Source of the DNA: Acidimicrobiaceae bacterium | GTDB lineage: Bacteria; Actinomycetota; Acidimicrobiia; Acidimicrobiales; MedAcidi-G1 | Direction: 5' to 3' | NCBI GenBank assembly: GCA_002687745.1 | Contig: NZBE01000019.1 | Span: forward strand, 50,566-114,565 | DNA length: 64,000 nucleotides | Part shown: piece by piece, positions 28,808 through 37,837 of the stretch | Position numbering within the stretch: position 1 is the first letter of the stretch | Layout: every line of letters begins with the position of its first letter | Program-made: the position numbers and the translations under genes | The notes under the pieces: generated by a model | The model's input: only the letters and a program-made list of their open reading frames with translations | Told to the model about the DNA's origin: nothing | Databases searched by the model: none

Positions 28808-28865
28808 CCTCTCCGGGCATCCTCCACCCAACTCTCCGGCAGGCGCCCACAGGTAGGCTGCTCTG

Positions 28866-29201
28866 ATGGGCAATCTGGGAGGGAGTGAGATTCTCGTCAT
28901 CTTGCTGGTCGGCCTTGTCGTTCTCGGACCTACGAGGCTGCCCGAGGTGACGCGTCAGATCGGTCGCGTCCTGCGAGAGGTTCGCAGGGTCTCGACCGGG
29001 TTTCAGGAAGAGTTGCGCGCCGCGGTCGAAGACCCGGGGCTCGAACTGGAGGCCAGGGCCAGAGGGGATGCCCTGACATCACAGGGCACGCCGGCCTCGT
29101 CGACAGGCACCCGGCCCGATCCGCCACCGGACCCCGAGCCACACGAGGGATCCGCCGGCCGCCAGGACCGCCCCGATACTGCAGAATCGGAAGACGACTG
29201 A
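28866..29201 (+). CDS. tatA: Twin-arginine translocase TatA/TatB-family protein
   Basis: MGNLGGSEILVILLVGLVVLGPTRLPE followed by an amphipathic helix and a Pro/acidic tail. Confidence 0.85.
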   Translation: MGNLGGSEILVILLVGLVVLGPTRLPEVTRQIGRVLREVRRVSTGFQEELRAAVEDPGLELEARARGDALTSQGTPASSTGTRPDPPPDPEPHEGSAGRQDRPDTAESEDD

Positions 29202-29209
29202 GTTCTGAC

Positions 29210-29980
29210 ATGGCTGACAAGAACGTGGGAACGATGTCGCTCGTCTCACATCTCGAAGAGCTCCGGAAGCGCCTGATCATCTCTGTTCTGGCGGTCGCTG
29301 CAGGTGCACTGGCCTGTTGGTTTCTCTATCCCCAGATACTCGACCTGCTGCTCCGCCCCTACTGCAGCATCCGTCTGGACGCAGGGCCGAACGCGGTGTT
29401 CGGCAGTGGGTGCGAGTTGCTCGTGACCGATCCGTTGGAGCCTTTCACCGTTCGCCTCAGCGTCGCCGGTTACGGCGGTCTGGCCCTGGCGATGCCTGTC
29501 CTGCTCTGGCAGGTCTGGCGCTTTGTCGTACCCGGGCTCTACTCGCGTGAGCGGCGCTGGGCCGTCCCCTTCGTGCTCGCAGGCCTGATCCTGTTCGCAG
29601 CCGGCTGCGGTCTGGCCTACTGGAGCATCCCGAGGGCCCTCGAGTTCCTTGTGGACATTGGTGGTCCCGATCTCGTCAGCGTCTTCTCACCAGCCAGGTA
29701 CATCAGCTTCGTCGTAAAGATGACAATGGCATTCGGTATTGGATTTGAGTTCCCCCTGGTTCTGGTGTTCCTGCAGTTGGTCGGAATTCTCAGCCCGGCA
29801 GCACTCCGGCGTGCACGCCGTTACGCCATCGTGGGGATAGTTGCACTGGTTGCCCTCCTGACCCCGAGCGGAGACCCCTTCACGCTCCTGATCCTGTCTG
29901 TACCCATGTGGCTGTTCTACGAGGCATCGATTCTGATCGGCGTACTCCACGAGCGCCGCCGCAGGCGCGCCGAGGGGTGA
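29210..29980 (+). CDS. tatC: Twin-arginine translocase subunit TatC
   Basis: MSLVSHLEELRKRLI N-terminus and six TM helices. 256 aa. Confidence 0.92.
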   Translation: MADKNVGTMSLVSHLEELRKRLIISVLAVAAGALACWFLYPQILDLLLRPYCSIRLDAGPNAVFGSGCELLVTDPLEPFTVRLSVAGYGGLALAMPVLLWQVWRFVVPGLYSRERRWAVPFVLAGLILFAAGCGLAYWSIPRALEFLVDIGGPDLVSVFSPARYISFVVKMTMAFGIGFEFPLVLVFLQLVGILSPAALRRARRYAIVGIVALVALLTPSGDPFTLLILSVPMWLFYEASILIGVLHERRRRRAEG

Positions 29981-32007
29981 CCAACAGGTGGCCTTTCCGC
30001 CTTGACCACTTCCAGAGGGAGGCGATCGCCTCGATAGACGCCGGCAACTCGGTTCTGGTGGCAGCGCCTACATCCAGTGGAAAGACGGTTGTCGCGGAGC
30101 ATGCAATCGACCGGGCGCTAGAGCAGGGGCTCCGAACCTTCTACACGGCGCCGATCAAGGCCCTCTCCAACCAGAAGTACAGGGATCTCACCGGCAGCCT
30201 TGGGACCAGCCGGACCGGCCTTCTCACCGGGGACAACACCATCTCACCCCTCGCTCCGGTAGTCGTGATGACCACCGAGGTGCTGAGGAACATGCTCTAC
30301 TCGGGCTCGGAAGCCCTCGAGGATCTGGGCTGGGTTGTTCTCGACGAGGTTCACTTCCTCGAAGATCCCTACCGCGGAGCAGTCTGGGAGGAGGTGCTGT
30401 TGAACCTTCCGCAACACGTCGGAATCGTCGCGTTGTCAGCCACCGTCTCCAACGCCGAGGAACTTGGCGCATGGATGCGCGATATCCGGGGAGTGACCGA
30501 TGTTGTCGTAGAGAAGCAACGGCCGGTCCCGTTGCGTAGCCACTACCTGGTGAGCGAACGCCGCGGCTCCAGACGCCTGCACCGGGTCCCCGTCCTGACC
30601 GGAGGCGCCCCGAACAGGAAGGGTGGGAGGTTCGATGTCGAAGGAAGGCGAGGTCGAAACAGGCACGGTCCCGGCTGGGCATCACCCAGGCGCCGGGAGG
30701 TGCTCGGTGAACTCCAGCAGAACGACCTCCTGCCGGCTATCCACTTCATCTTCAGCCGGGCCGGATGCGACGACGCACGCGACTCCCTCATCAGGGCGGG
30801 CGTAGAGCTGAACAGTCCCAGCGAGTCAGACGAGGTCGACTCCTTTCTCTCCGGGCGACTCGCTGCCATCTCCGTTGAGGACCTCGAGGCATTGGGTGTG
30901 AAACAGTGGCAGACCGGCCTCCGGCGGGGAATCGCCTGCCACCATGCGGGCATGCTGCCCCTCTTCAAGGAGTTGGTGGAGGAACTGTTTGCATCCGGCC
31001 TGCTGAAGATCGTCTACGCAACCGAGACCCTTGCACTCGGTGTGAACCTTCCGGCCCGATCTGTGGTGATCGAGAAGTTGACCAAGTTCACCGGAGAGAC
31101 ACACGAGCTGCTCACCGCGGGACAGTTCACCCAGCTGACCGGGCGGGCGGGGAGGCGCGGCATCGACGACGTGGGGAACGCCCTCATCTGCTGGACGCCG
31201 TTTGTTCCGTTCCGAAGGGTTGCCGAGCTTGCCCGCAGCAGGGACTTCGTTCTCACTTCGGCGTTTCGCCCCACCTACAACATGCTGGCGAACCTGATGG
31301 CCACCCGGACGAGGCCCGCTGCCATGGACCTCGTCGAGCGCTCGTTCGCCCAGTTCCAGGACCGTCGACGACAGGCGTCAGGCTCGAACCTTGTCGAACG
31401 ACTGGACGGCATGGAACGCGTGCTCGAACAGAGGGGAATGTCCCGGTCGTGGAGTTTGACCACACGAGGTGCTCCTCTTGCCGGAATCCACAACGAGGCC
31501 GACCTGCTGGTTGTAGAAGCCCTGGCGGCAGGCCTGCTTGACGACATGTCCCCGGGCGAGACCGCAGCCGTCGTGTCCTGCCTGACCTATCGACGCCGTG
31601 GACCCCGCGGTGCGACCGTACCCGAGCCTCCGGACCGTGTCGGATCCAGAATCGCAGCGATGGACAGGCTCGGCGAGGAGATCCGTGCCGAGGGCGCAGG
31701 CATGGGTGTCGAGGTGGACTTCACGACGGATCACGGCCTGGCCGAGACGATCATGGAGTGGGTTGACGGAGGCAGCCTCGCCAGCATCCTCGAAGATGGC
31801 ATGACTGCCGGAGAGTTCGTCCGAAATGTCAGGTTGGTTGCCGACCTCCTGGGCCAGATAGCCAAGGTGTCAGATCCTGATCTTGCGACTACAGCGCGTA
31901 GGGCCGTGGACGGCCTGGAACGAGGCGTCGTGGCCTTTGCCGGTGCCATATCGGAGTCAGATGATGCGGCTTCAGCCGATGCCGCTGACAGCCCCGAGGC
32001 TGCGTAG
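29977..32007 (+). CDS. helY: Ski2-like DEVH-box RNA helicase (HelY-like, compact)
   Basis: The GTG start overlaps the tatC stop (GTGA). Walker A APTSSGKT, DEVH box (LDEVHFLED), SAT, and a C-terminal DSHCT-like region. Same position as Rv2092c. Confidence 0.85.
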   Translation: MTNRWPFRLDHFQREAIASIDAGNSVLVAAPTSSGKTVVAEHAIDRALEQGLRTFYTAPIKALSNQKYRDLTGSLGTSRTGLLTGDNTISPLAPVVVMTTEVLRNMLYSGSEALEDLGWVVLDEVHFLEDPYRGAVWEEVLLNLPQHVGIVALSATVSNAEELGAWMRDIRGVTDVVVEKQRPVPLRSHYLVSERRGSRRLHRVPVLTGGAPNRKGGRFDVEGRRGRNRHGPGWASPRRREVLGELQQNDLLPAIHFIFSRAGCDDARDSLIRAGVELNSPSESDEVDSFLSGRLAAISVEDLEALGVKQWQTGLRRGIACHHAGMLPLFKELVEELFASGLLKIVYATETLALGVNLPARSVVIEKLTKFTGETHELLTAGQFTQLTGRAGRRGIDDVGNALICWTPFVPFRRVAELARSRDFVLTSAFRPTYNMLANLMATRTRPAAMDLVERSFAQFQDRRRQASGSNLVERLDGMERVLEQRGMSRSWSLTTRGAPLAGIHNEADLLVVEALAAGLLDDMSPGETAAVVSCLTYRRRGPRGATVPEPPDRVGSRIAAMDRLGEEIRAEGAGMGVEVDFTTDHGLAETIMEWVDGGSLASILEDGMTAGEFVRNVRLVADLLGQIAKVSDPDLATTARRAVDGLERGVVAFAGAISESDDAASADAADSPEAA

Positions 32008-32013
32008 TCGCCC

Positions 32014-32622
32014 ATGCCGGTGTCGAAAGGGCAGAACTGGGGCGGGTCAGGTGGCCTGCCGGACGGATCTGAGGTGGCGAACACCGATTCCGAACTGCGT
32101 TCCATCGTGACCCGGGCCCGCTCCACCGGAAGCGAGCTTCCAACTGTCGGCCTCACCGGAGGCGACCTCTGGCGGACCCTTGGCGCCAGGAGCGCAGGCA
32201 GCGGTTTCTCGGACACATCGACCAGCGTGCTGGTCGACATCGGGTCCGCTCTCCTGGATGGTCGGATCTACTGGTTCGTCGGCCACCTGGTCGCCCGCCA
32301 CAACTGGCTGGTCGGCCGATGCTGGATCGCCGCGAACGGGGCCCACATGGGGAGATGGAACGTGGCACCCAGAGCGCATCCCGGCGACGGCCTCCTGGAC
32401 CTGCTCGACTCAGACCTGCCGCTCCGCCAACGCCTCAACGCCCGGCGACGGCTCCATTCCGGCACCCACCTGCCACATCCCGGGATCACCTACACCCGAC
32501 AGGCTGCGGGCCAGGTGTCGTTCAGCAGGCCAGTACCGGTCTACCTTGATTCTGTTCCTGTGGGCGCCCACAGGAACATCTCGGTTCGTGTGGAACCGGC
32601 CGTACTGCGCCTCGTCATCTGA
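32014..32622 (+). CDS. Hypothetical protein resembling only the C-terminal accessory domain of DAGK/YegS lipid kinases
   Basis: AHPGDGLLDLL...GTHLPHPGITY...VYLDSVPVG...VRVEPAVLRLV matches the DAGK accessory-domain pattern. No GGDGT-containing catalytic domain is present. Confidence 0.5.
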   Translation: MPVSKGQNWGGSGGLPDGSEVANTDSELRSIVTRARSTGSELPTVGLTGGDLWRTLGARSAGSGFSDTSTSVLVDIGSALLDGRIYWFVGHLVARHNWLVGRCWIAANGAHMGRWNVAPRAHPGDGLLDLLDSDLPLRQRLNARRRLHSGTHLPHPGITYTRQAAGQVSFSRPVPVYLDSVPVGAHRNISVRVEPAVLRLVI

Positions 32623-32677
32623 GCCTGCGGGGGCGGTCTGGGACAATCAGGTCCACCTGTAGCGGTACGATCCGCCG

Positions 32678-33892
32678 ATGGCACATGACGCAACCGTGGT
32701 CGGGGCGAGACAGAGGGTCCTTGGGAAGGTCGATGATCTGGCAGACACCCTGATCTCCGCCTCGCATCAGATACACGCCCAACCGGAACTCGGGTTCAGC
32801 GAACATTTCGCCCACGAACTCCTCACGGGGGTCCTCGAGGCCGAGGGAATGGATGTCGTCAGGTCCGCCTACGGTCTCGAGACGGCGTTCGAGGCGTCGG
32901 CCGGCAGCAGGGGGCCGCTGGTGGCGGTGCTGTGCGAATACGACGCTCTGCCCGGAATCGGACACGCCTGTGGCCACAACATCATCGCCACGGCCGGCCT
33001 CGGGGCCGGTCTGGCTGCTGCAGCCGTAGCGACAGAGTTGGGCGGTCGTGTCCGCATCCTCGGAACTCCGGCAGAGGAGGGCGGCGGTGGCAAGGTCCTG
33101 ATGCTCGAGAGGGGGGCGTTCGATGGGGTCGAGGCCGCACTGATGGTTCATCCGGCTGACGCTGACCTGCGAAACATCACCAGCCTCGCCGTCCAGCAGG
33201 TACAGGCGGTGTTCACAGGTAGGGCGGCGCATGCAGCGGCAGCCCCCGAGCGCGGTCTCAACGCACTGGATGCGGCGGTGCTCGGCTACATGAACGTTGC
33301 CGCCCTCCGCCAACACATCGCTCCCGAGGAACGCATCCACGGCATCTTCACCGATGCCGGCCAGCGAGCCAACATCGTGCCCGAGCGGGCCGCAGCCAGC
33401 TGGTATGTGCGTTCTCCCGACCGGGCAGGTGCCGATGCCCTGGCGGAGCGGGTAGTTGCATGCCTCGATGCCGGCGCCCTGGCGAGCGGCTGTTCGGTGA
33501 GCATTGAGTTGATCCAGCCCAGCTACAACGAGGTCCGCGACAATCAGGTTCTTCTGGATCGATACGTGGCCAACTCGGTCGCTCTCGGTCGGGATGTCCA
33601 CCCCACAGACCACCACCGGGTTGTCGGCAGCACCGACCTCGGCAATGTGAGCTACGCGGTGCCGGCAATCCACCCGATGATCAAGACAGCTCCCACGGGC
33701 ACCGCCATCCACACCAACGACTTCGCGGCAGCTGCGGTCAGCGGCGAGGCCGATCAGGCCATCCTCCACGGTGCCCGGTCGATGGCGTTGACGGTCGTGG
33801 ACTGCTGGGTGGACAAAGGTGTGCTGGAGGCTGCCAGCAGCGAGTTGGCTGCCGCCGCCGAAGTCCGCGAAGGAGCCCCTCAGACGACGTAG
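32678..33892 (+). CDS. M20-family amidohydrolase (AbgB-like)
   Basis: CEYDALPGIGHACGHNIIA metal-binding motif. 404 aa with M20 catalytic plus dimerisation-domain architecture. Confidence 0.85.
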   Translation: MAHDATVVGARQRVLGKVDDLADTLISASHQIHAQPELGFSEHFAHELLTGVLEAEGMDVVRSAYGLETAFEASAGSRGPLVAVLCEYDALPGIGHACGHNIIATAGLGAGLAAAAVATELGGRVRILGTPAEEGGGGKVLMLERGAFDGVEAALMVHPADADLRNITSLAVQQVQAVFTGRAAHAAAAPERGLNALDAAVLGYMNVAALRQHIAPEERIHGIFTDAGQRANIVPERAAASWYVRSPDRAGADALAERVVACLDAGALASGCSVSIELIQPSYNEVRDNQVLLDRYVANSVALGRDVHPTDHHRVVGSTDLGNVSYAVPAIHPMIKTAPTGTAIHTNDFAAAAVSGEADQAILHGARSMALTVVDCWVDKGVLEAASSELAAAAEVREGAPQTT

Positions 33893-33903
33893 CCTCAGCG
33901 GCC

Positions 33904-35538
33904 GTGTCCACCTACATCGCCGAAGACTTCAGCTCCGACGAAACCGACGTACTGCGGCGCTACTTCACCAACCTCGACCAGCCGGTATTCGCCCTCGTCA
34001 ACCTGCCGGAGGTTGTCAAGGGAGCCCTCTTTGCCCGGTACTCCCGTTCCGACAAGAGCCTTCGGCGACTGTTTCTGGAGGAGTTCGTGGGGGAGTTGGA
34101 TGTCTCCGGCGACGAGACGATCGATGCAACGGTCGGCCTGCGTCGGGCTGAGGAGCTCTATGACCGGGTCTTCTTCGAGTACGGAGACGACAGCGTTGCC
34201 CAGCTGGGAGGCGTGCACCTGGCATGCGAGCAGGCTTCCAACCTCCTGACAAAGGTGCTCGAGTGGGGACGCCTGATGTCCTATCTGGAGCAGTCGACGC
34301 GCTACATCGCCTACGACTCGAGGCTCGGCGGAAGGTACCGCTACTACCGCGACCCGGAGATCCTGTCCTCGGCGCTCGGGGCAAGGTACATCTCAGACAT
34401 GGACAGGCTCTTTGAGAACTACGCCGAGATGGTTCCGCTCATGGCCAGCCATTTCCGCTCCGTGGCGCCAAAAGCCGACAGCGACTCGGACTTCGTCTAC
34501 CGCCAGGCGGTGGCGGCCAAGGCGTTCGACTCCGTGAGGGGAATGCTCCCGGCGGCATCGCTGTCAAACGTCGGCATCTACGCCTCAGGGCAGGCATACG
34601 AGGCACTGCTCATCCGCATGCGTGCTCACGTTCTCCCGGAGGCCAGGTCCTACGCCGAGCTGATGCTGGCCGAGCTCCGCAAGGTCATTCCGTCGTTCCT
34701 CAAGCGTGTCGACCTGCCCGACAGGGGAGAGGCAATCGGGGCCTACGGGGCCGACTGCAGGGACCGTCTCGCCAACGTGGCCGAGGGCCTCTTCCCTGAA
34801 AGGGAGGTGCCCGCTGCCGGACCTCTGGTCGACCTGACCGACTTTGATCCTGATGCCGAGGTCAAGTTGGTGGCCGCAGCTTTGTACCCGTTCACCAACC
34901 GGTCGGACCGACTCATCGAGGAGCGTGTCAGGACCATGACCGTCGATGAACGCCTCAGCGTCCTGAGGGCGCTCGTTGGAGACCGCGCCAACCGCCGCCA
35001 CCGACCGGGCCGGGCACTCGAGCGTCCCTCCTACCGGTTCGACATCCTCTCCGACTACGGGGCGTTCCGCGACCTGCAACGCCACCGGATGATGACCCTC
35101 GAGTGGCAGCGCCTCAGCACGGCACACGGCTTCGTGCGCCCTCCGGAGATCGACGACGCACGCCTTGCCGACCGGTTCAACGCCACCATGGAGCGCTCGG
35201 CGGCCCTTCACGACGCTCTCGAACCGGTCTTCCCCGATCAGGCTCCATATGCGGCAGCTCTCGCCTACAGGGTCCGGTACATGATGCACATGAATGCCAG
35301 GGAGGCCATGCATGTTCTTGAGTTGCGCACGTCGCCACAGGGCCATCCCGCCTACCGGCGGGTCTGCCAGGAGATGCACACCCTGATCCGCGATGTAGCC
35401 GGACACCGCGCCATTGCGGAGATGATGTCCTACGTGGACCACTCCACCGGAGAAGACCTGGAGCGTCTCGATTCGGAGCGCAGAAGGGAGAAGAGGAGGG
35501 GCATGGCCATGGACGGTTCCGATCCCTCGGTCGCATGA
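33904..35538 (+). CDS. ThyX-like (Thy1 family) protein, fused double-domain long form
   Basis: The C-terminal half has LQRHRMMTLEWQRLS (RHR signature) and MNAREAMHVLELRTSPQGHPAYRRV. The N-terminal half has a degenerate ARYSRS ... EQSTRYI. Canonical ThyX is about 250 aa. Confidence 0.55.
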   Translation: MSTYIAEDFSSDETDVLRRYFTNLDQPVFALVNLPEVVKGALFARYSRSDKSLRRLFLEEFVGELDVSGDETIDATVGLRRAEELYDRVFFEYGDDSVAQLGGVHLACEQASNLLTKVLEWGRLMSYLEQSTRYIAYDSRLGGRYRYYRDPEILSSALGARYISDMDRLFENYAEMVPLMASHFRSVAPKADSDSDFVYRQAVAAKAFDSVRGMLPAASLSNVGIYASGQAYEALLIRMRAHVLPEARSYAELMLAELRKVIPSFLKRVDLPDRGEAIGAYGADCRDRLANVAEGLFPEREVPAAGPLVDLTDFDPDAEVKLVAAALYPFTNRSDRLIEERVRTMTVDERLSVLRALVGDRANRRHRPGRALERPSYRFDILSDYGAFRDLQRHRMMTLEWQRLSTAHGFVRPPEIDDARLADRFNATMERSAALHDALEPVFPDQAPYAAALAYRVRYMMHMNAREAMHVLELRTSPQGHPAYRRVCQEMHTLIRDVAGHRAIAEMMSYVDHSTGEDLERLDSERRREKRRGMAMDGSDPSVA

Positions 35539-35570
35539 GATCCAGGAGGTCCAGGATCCTCTCCATGGCC

Positions 35571-35604
35571 GGTTCCGCCTGTGGTGCCCAACAGGACCGG
35601 AACC
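35571..35604 (+). terminator. Stem-loop downstream of the ThyX-like gene
   Basis: GGTTCCGCCTGT-ggtgccca-ACAGGaCCGGAACC, an approximately 12-bp stem with one bulge. No U-tract. Confidence 0.35.
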
Positions 35605-35647
35605 TGTCTATGCTCCGGCCGCGATCCACAGATCAGCCGAGGAAGCA

Positions 35648-36100
35648 ATGAGCGACGACGAAATCACCGACGACCTGCCAGACGACGAACCCGACGAGGA
35701 GTTCGACAACGAGGACGCGCCCGAGGATGACCTCCTCGACGATGACGAATCGGATGGTGGCGATGAAGACGGCGCCGAAGACGACGAGGATGAGGAAGCT
35801 GAGGATGAGGTCGGGCCCAGGCCTGTCAAGGCTGGTGTTGTCGACGACGAGGACGACCCTGATCCCGACGATGTCGAGGCTGAACTCGATGCAATTCTCA
35901 AGGAGCGCCTCGCCGCCGGTGACGACGATGACGATGAGGATGAAGAGGACGAGGGGGTCCAGCGGCTCCCGGAAACACCAGGAAGCGTCGAGGAGCGCCA
36001 GGAGACGGAGATGCACTGTCCCCACTGCTTCCTTCTGGTTCAGGCGACTGCGGTAGCCGAGACCGGCGAATGCGGGCACTGCGGCGGCCCCATTACGTGA
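35648..36100 (+). CDS. DUF4193-like protein (long Asp/Glu-rich N-terminus, C-terminal CxxC...CxxC zinc ribbon)
   Basis: About 110 aa of D/E-rich low complexity, then EMHCPHCFLLVQ...GECGHCGGPI. From memory this is the same architecture as mycobacterial Rv2699c-type proteins. Confidence 0.65.
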   Translation: MSDDEITDDLPDDEPDEEFDNEDAPEDDLLDDDESDGGDEDGAEDDEDEEAEDEVGPRPVKAGVVDDEDDPDPDDVEAELDAILKERLAAGDDDDDEDEEDEGVQRLPETPGSVEERQETEMHCPHCFLLVQATAVAETGECGHCGGPIT

Positions 36101-36119
36101 CCCGGTCGGGGATCTGAGC

Positions 36120-36593
36120 GTGGAGGCAGCCAGACGGGCGACCTCCGCCGACAGCACAGACCTTGAGGCACTCCTTGCAGCATCCCGAAGGGAAATGGTG
36201 CACAAGCGTGGTGGTGAGGTTCTTGCCCGCCTGGACCAGAGTGCGCATGATCTGTCAGCGAGGGTATGTGGGTGCCTCAACTCGCCTGATGTGGTTGTCG
36301 CTCTCGGCACAATCGACAGGGTGCCGGTCGGCTACGGGGTGATGCGGATCTCAGAGGCGGCCGACGGTGCCCCTCATGCTGTCGTCGAGGAGCTCTTCGT
36401 GTCTCCCGAAGCCAGATCGGTCGGGGTGGGGGAGTCTCTCATGGCATTCCTGGTAGGCGAGGCAGAGCAACGGGGTGCCGTCGGAATCGAGGCGACGGCA
36501 CTACCCGGCGACCGTGCAACCAAGAACTTCTTCGAGACGCAGGGGATGGTGGCACGAGCCATCGTTGTACACCGCTGGTTGGATGGCCGGTGA
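36120..36593 (+). CDS. GNAT-family N-acetyltransferase
   Basis: Acetyl-CoA-binding core VEELFVSPEARSVGVGESLM... Confidence 0.8.
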   Translation: MEAARRATSADSTDLEALLAASRREMVHKRGGEVLARLDQSAHDLSARVCGCLNSPDVVVALGTIDRVPVGYGVMRISEAADGAPHAVVEELFVSPEARSVGVGESLMAFLVGEAEQRGAVGIEATALPGDRATKNFFETQGMVARAIVVHRWLDGR

Positions 36594-37015
36594 GCGTCGG
36601 TAGGCCCGAACTCTGCGTCGGAGCGGTGGCCGTCAGGGATGGCCGGCTCCTGATGGTCCGTCGCGGGGAGGAGCCCGGTAAGGGAAGGTGGTCTCTTCCG
36701 GGTGGGCGCGTCGAGGCGGCCGAGTCGGTGGTCTCAGCTGTACTGCGCGAGCTGAGGGAGGAGACCGGCATGGAGGGCCTCTGTGGTGAGCTGATCGGAT
36801 GGGTGGAGCGTGCCGCTGTTGGTCACCACTACGTGGTCCTCAACTTCAGCGTCACGATCATGGGAGATGCAGAGCCGGTTGCCGGCGACGATGCAGACGA
36901 TGCCCGGTGGATCTCTCTCGAGGAGTTGTCTGGAACCGACCTGGTTGAGGGAATGGAGCGGTTCCTCACCGAGCACGGCCTCATTGCGGACGGACCGGTG
37001 CTGGGCGTTCTCTGA
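36590..37015 (+). CDS. NUDIX hydrolase
   Basis: Nudix box GGRVEAAESVVSAVLRELREETG. GTGA overlap with the GNAT gene. Confidence 0.88.
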   Translation: MSVGRPELCVGAVAVRDGRLLMVRRGEEPGKGRWSLPGGRVEAAESVVSAVLRELREETGMEGLCGELIGWVERAAVGHHYVVLNFSVTIMGDAEPVAGDDADDARWISLEELSGTDLVEGMERFLTEHGLIADGPVLGVL

Positions 37016-37022
37016 GGCGGCT

Positions 37023-37784
37023 CTATCGGCCCTTCCATGCAGGCGGTCGCTTCTCGATGAAGGCCCGTGGCCCTTCCTGGAAGTCCTCGCTCTGCCAGAC
37101 GGCACGGCTCTCCTCTCTGACCACGGTGTTCGCCTCGTCGTCGGGCAGGAGCCTGGTGGCAAGAATCGAGCGTCGCGATGCGCGCACCGCCAGCGGGGCA
37201 TTGGCGTTGATCTCAGCGGCTAGTTCCAGCGCAGCGCCAAGGGCCCTGCCGGGTTCAACCAGCCGGTTGACCATCCCGTGACGGTGGGCCTCGGTGGCAC
37301 TCAGGTCCGAACCTGTAAGGGCCAGCTCCATTGCGATGCCCGGCGGTAGTGCCCGGGGCAGGCGGACAAGGCCACCGGCGGCGGCAATCAGGGAACGCTT
37401 CACCTCGGGTATACCGAAGTGGGCCCCGGTGGATGCGACAACCAGGTCGCAGGCAAGGACTATCTCGGTGCCACCGGCCACGGCCGGCCCCTCGACGGCA
37501 GCGATGAGGGGCTTGTCCCTGGCGCGGTCAACCACTCCTGCGAAGCCACCGCGTTCGGTTGCCAGGTCGGTCTCTCCGGCGGCGATCGCCTTCAGGTCCG
37601 CCCCGGCGCAGAAGGCGGACCCGTTTGCACAGATGACCCCCAGCCATGCCTCGTCGTCCTCTTCGAGTCGGTCGACTGCGACCTCGATGGCGGCTGCCAT
37701 CGCTCCGTTTATTGCATTACGCGCTTCGGGCCTGTTCAGCCTGATGAGACCGACACGCTCCAGCCGTTCGTATTCAACGATCAC
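37023..37784 (-). CDS. Enoyl-CoA hydratase/isomerase (crotonase family)
   Basis: FCAGADLKA and GPAVAGGTEIVLACDLVVAS motifs. Start set at GTG 37784 (VIVEYERLERVGLIRLNRPEARNA), because the ORF-track extension to 38210 overlaps the upstream gene. Confidence 0.88.
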   Translation of the reverse strand: MIVEYERLERVGLIRLNRPEARNAINGAMAAAIEVAVDRLEEDDEAWLGVICANGSAFCAGADLKAIAAGETDLATERGGFAGVVDRARDKPLIAAVEGPAVAGGTEIVLACDLVVASTGAHFGIPEVKRSLIAAAGGLVRLPRALPPGIAMELALTGSDLSATEAHRHGMVNRLVEPGRALGAALELAAEINANAPLAVRASRRSILATRLLPDDEANTVVREESRAVWQSEDFQEGPRAFIEKRPPAWKGR

Positions 37785-37837
37785 GCCGGCGACTCTAGCC
37801 AGCAGCTCCAGGCAGCCCCGGTGTCGGGCCTGCGCCC

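Noticed and set aside
32615-33769. 384-aa minus-strand ORF
   Set aside because: It is antisense to the M20 amidohydrolase, whose HACGHN metal-binding motif identifies the true frame.
35608-35901. Ser-rich 97-aa and 225-aa minus-strand ORFs
   Set aside because: They are mirror images of the GAC/GAG-rich repeats that encode the acidic tail of the DUF4193-like gene. The sense frame ends in a conserved zinc ribbon.
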